Shown here piece after piece: positions 63,256 through 64,000 of a stretch of 64,000 nt of DNA (position 1 is its first letter; each line of letters begins with the position of its first letter). Under the pieces are notes generated by a model. The model was not told where the DNA came from and searched no databases. It saw only the letters and a list, made by a program, of their open reading frames with translations. The DNA is taken from NCBI GenBank assembly GCA_963803435.1, contig CAWDML010000003.1, forward strand, positions 768,001-832,000. Reading direction: 5' to 3'. The translations under genes were made by a program, and so were the position numbers. This DNA comes from an uncultured delta proteobacterium (GTDB taxonomy: Bacteria; Myxococcota; Kuafuiibacteriia; Kuafuiibacteriales; Kuafuiibacteriaceae).

Positions 63256-64000
63256 TGCGCCGGCTCGCCCTGCTGCTCTCGCTCGCGCCGTCGATCGCCC
63301 ACGCCCAGAGCACCGAGCGCTGCGAGGGCCAGACGTTCGCCGAGCTGGCCGAGCGCGCCTTCGGCGACGCCCAGCTCGGTCCGCTGGTCGCGATCTTCAA
63401 CGGCCAGCGCGCCGAGCTGCGCTGCCAGGAGGGCCGCTTCGTCCGCTTCCCGGCGACCATCCAGCACACGCTGGCGTTGGGGCAGACGGTCCGGGCGGTG
63501 GCCGAGCGGTTCCTGGCGGCGCCCGGCGGCGAGGCGCTCCTCCGCGCGAGAAACGGTCTGGCCGCGGGTGTCGAGCCGGCGCCGGGCGCGATCCTCCAGG
63601 TCCCGAGCGAGCTCGAGATCAAGGTGGGCACGCGCCCCGAGGCGGAGCTCGCCCAGATCCCTGGGCTCCCGGACCTGGCGGCGATCCGCCGTTACAACGG
63701 GGTGGCGCCGAACCGGCCTCTTCCTCGGGGCGGGACGATTCTACGTGCCGCTGTTCCTCGAGCTGTCGCGGACCCCACCTCCGCCTCCGCCTCCGCCGGA
63801 GGTCGCCGGCGATCACGAGGGGGAGCCGCCGAGCCCGAAGCGAATCCAGGTGGTCGCGGGCGCCACGCGGGAGGGCTTCAGGCACGGCACGCACCGCGCG
63901 CTGATGGGGGCGGCCTACGCGTGCGGCCTCTGCCACCGTGAGGATCCGTCGTCGCCCCATACTTATGAGGTGGTTCAGGGGGCGCTGTGCGGCCGCTGCC
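63255..64000 (+). CDS. Secreted LysM-repeat / c-type cytochrome (c3/c7-like) fusion; frameshift near 63740; truncated by the window
   Basis: TGATG coupling; signal AHA-Q; LysM-like GQTFAELAERAFG and GQTVRAVAERFL...RNGL; frame 1 continues as poly-Pro, FRHGTH, CGLCH (63922-63936), CGRC (63988-63999). Confidence 0.72.

Overview
GC-rich bacterial DNA whose gene content (many Cys-rich lipoproteins, a DUF1501 pair, sigma54-like promoters, a Reg_prop sensor) suggests Myxococcota or a related deltaproteobacterium; the taxon is inferred. About 50 CDS; I saw no rRNA, tRNA or CRISPR. Layout: (1) 0-23 kb, an accessory 2-oxo/2-hydroxy-acid metabolic region: CP-ATP-grasp + aminotransferase, homoisocitrate-dehydrogenase-like enzyme + LeuCD paralogues, LutABC, a flavin halogenase, two dirigent/AOC-like lipoproteins, an internally deleted IS1182 element, and homocitrate synthase/CMD/CoA-transferase/oxc-HACL. 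(2) 23-38 kb, envelope and signalling genes. (3) 38-44 kb, the strongest novelty candidate: a tightly coupled operon of secreted thermonuclease + lipoprotein with 10 Cys/Asp repeats + porin with 3 of the same repeats, flanked by a GlpT-type MFS and Maf. (4) 44-53 kb, redox and housekeeping genes. (5) 53-61 kb, an unusual ACP/GcvT-like/fused KS-CLF operon interleaved with lipoproteins and an aspartic protease. (6) 61.7-64 kb, a beta-barrel followed by a LysM-multiheme cytochrome fusion that the ORF track misses and the window edge truncates. At least seven genes carry indels, most plausibly assembly errors. All family calls come from reading motifs, not from database searches.
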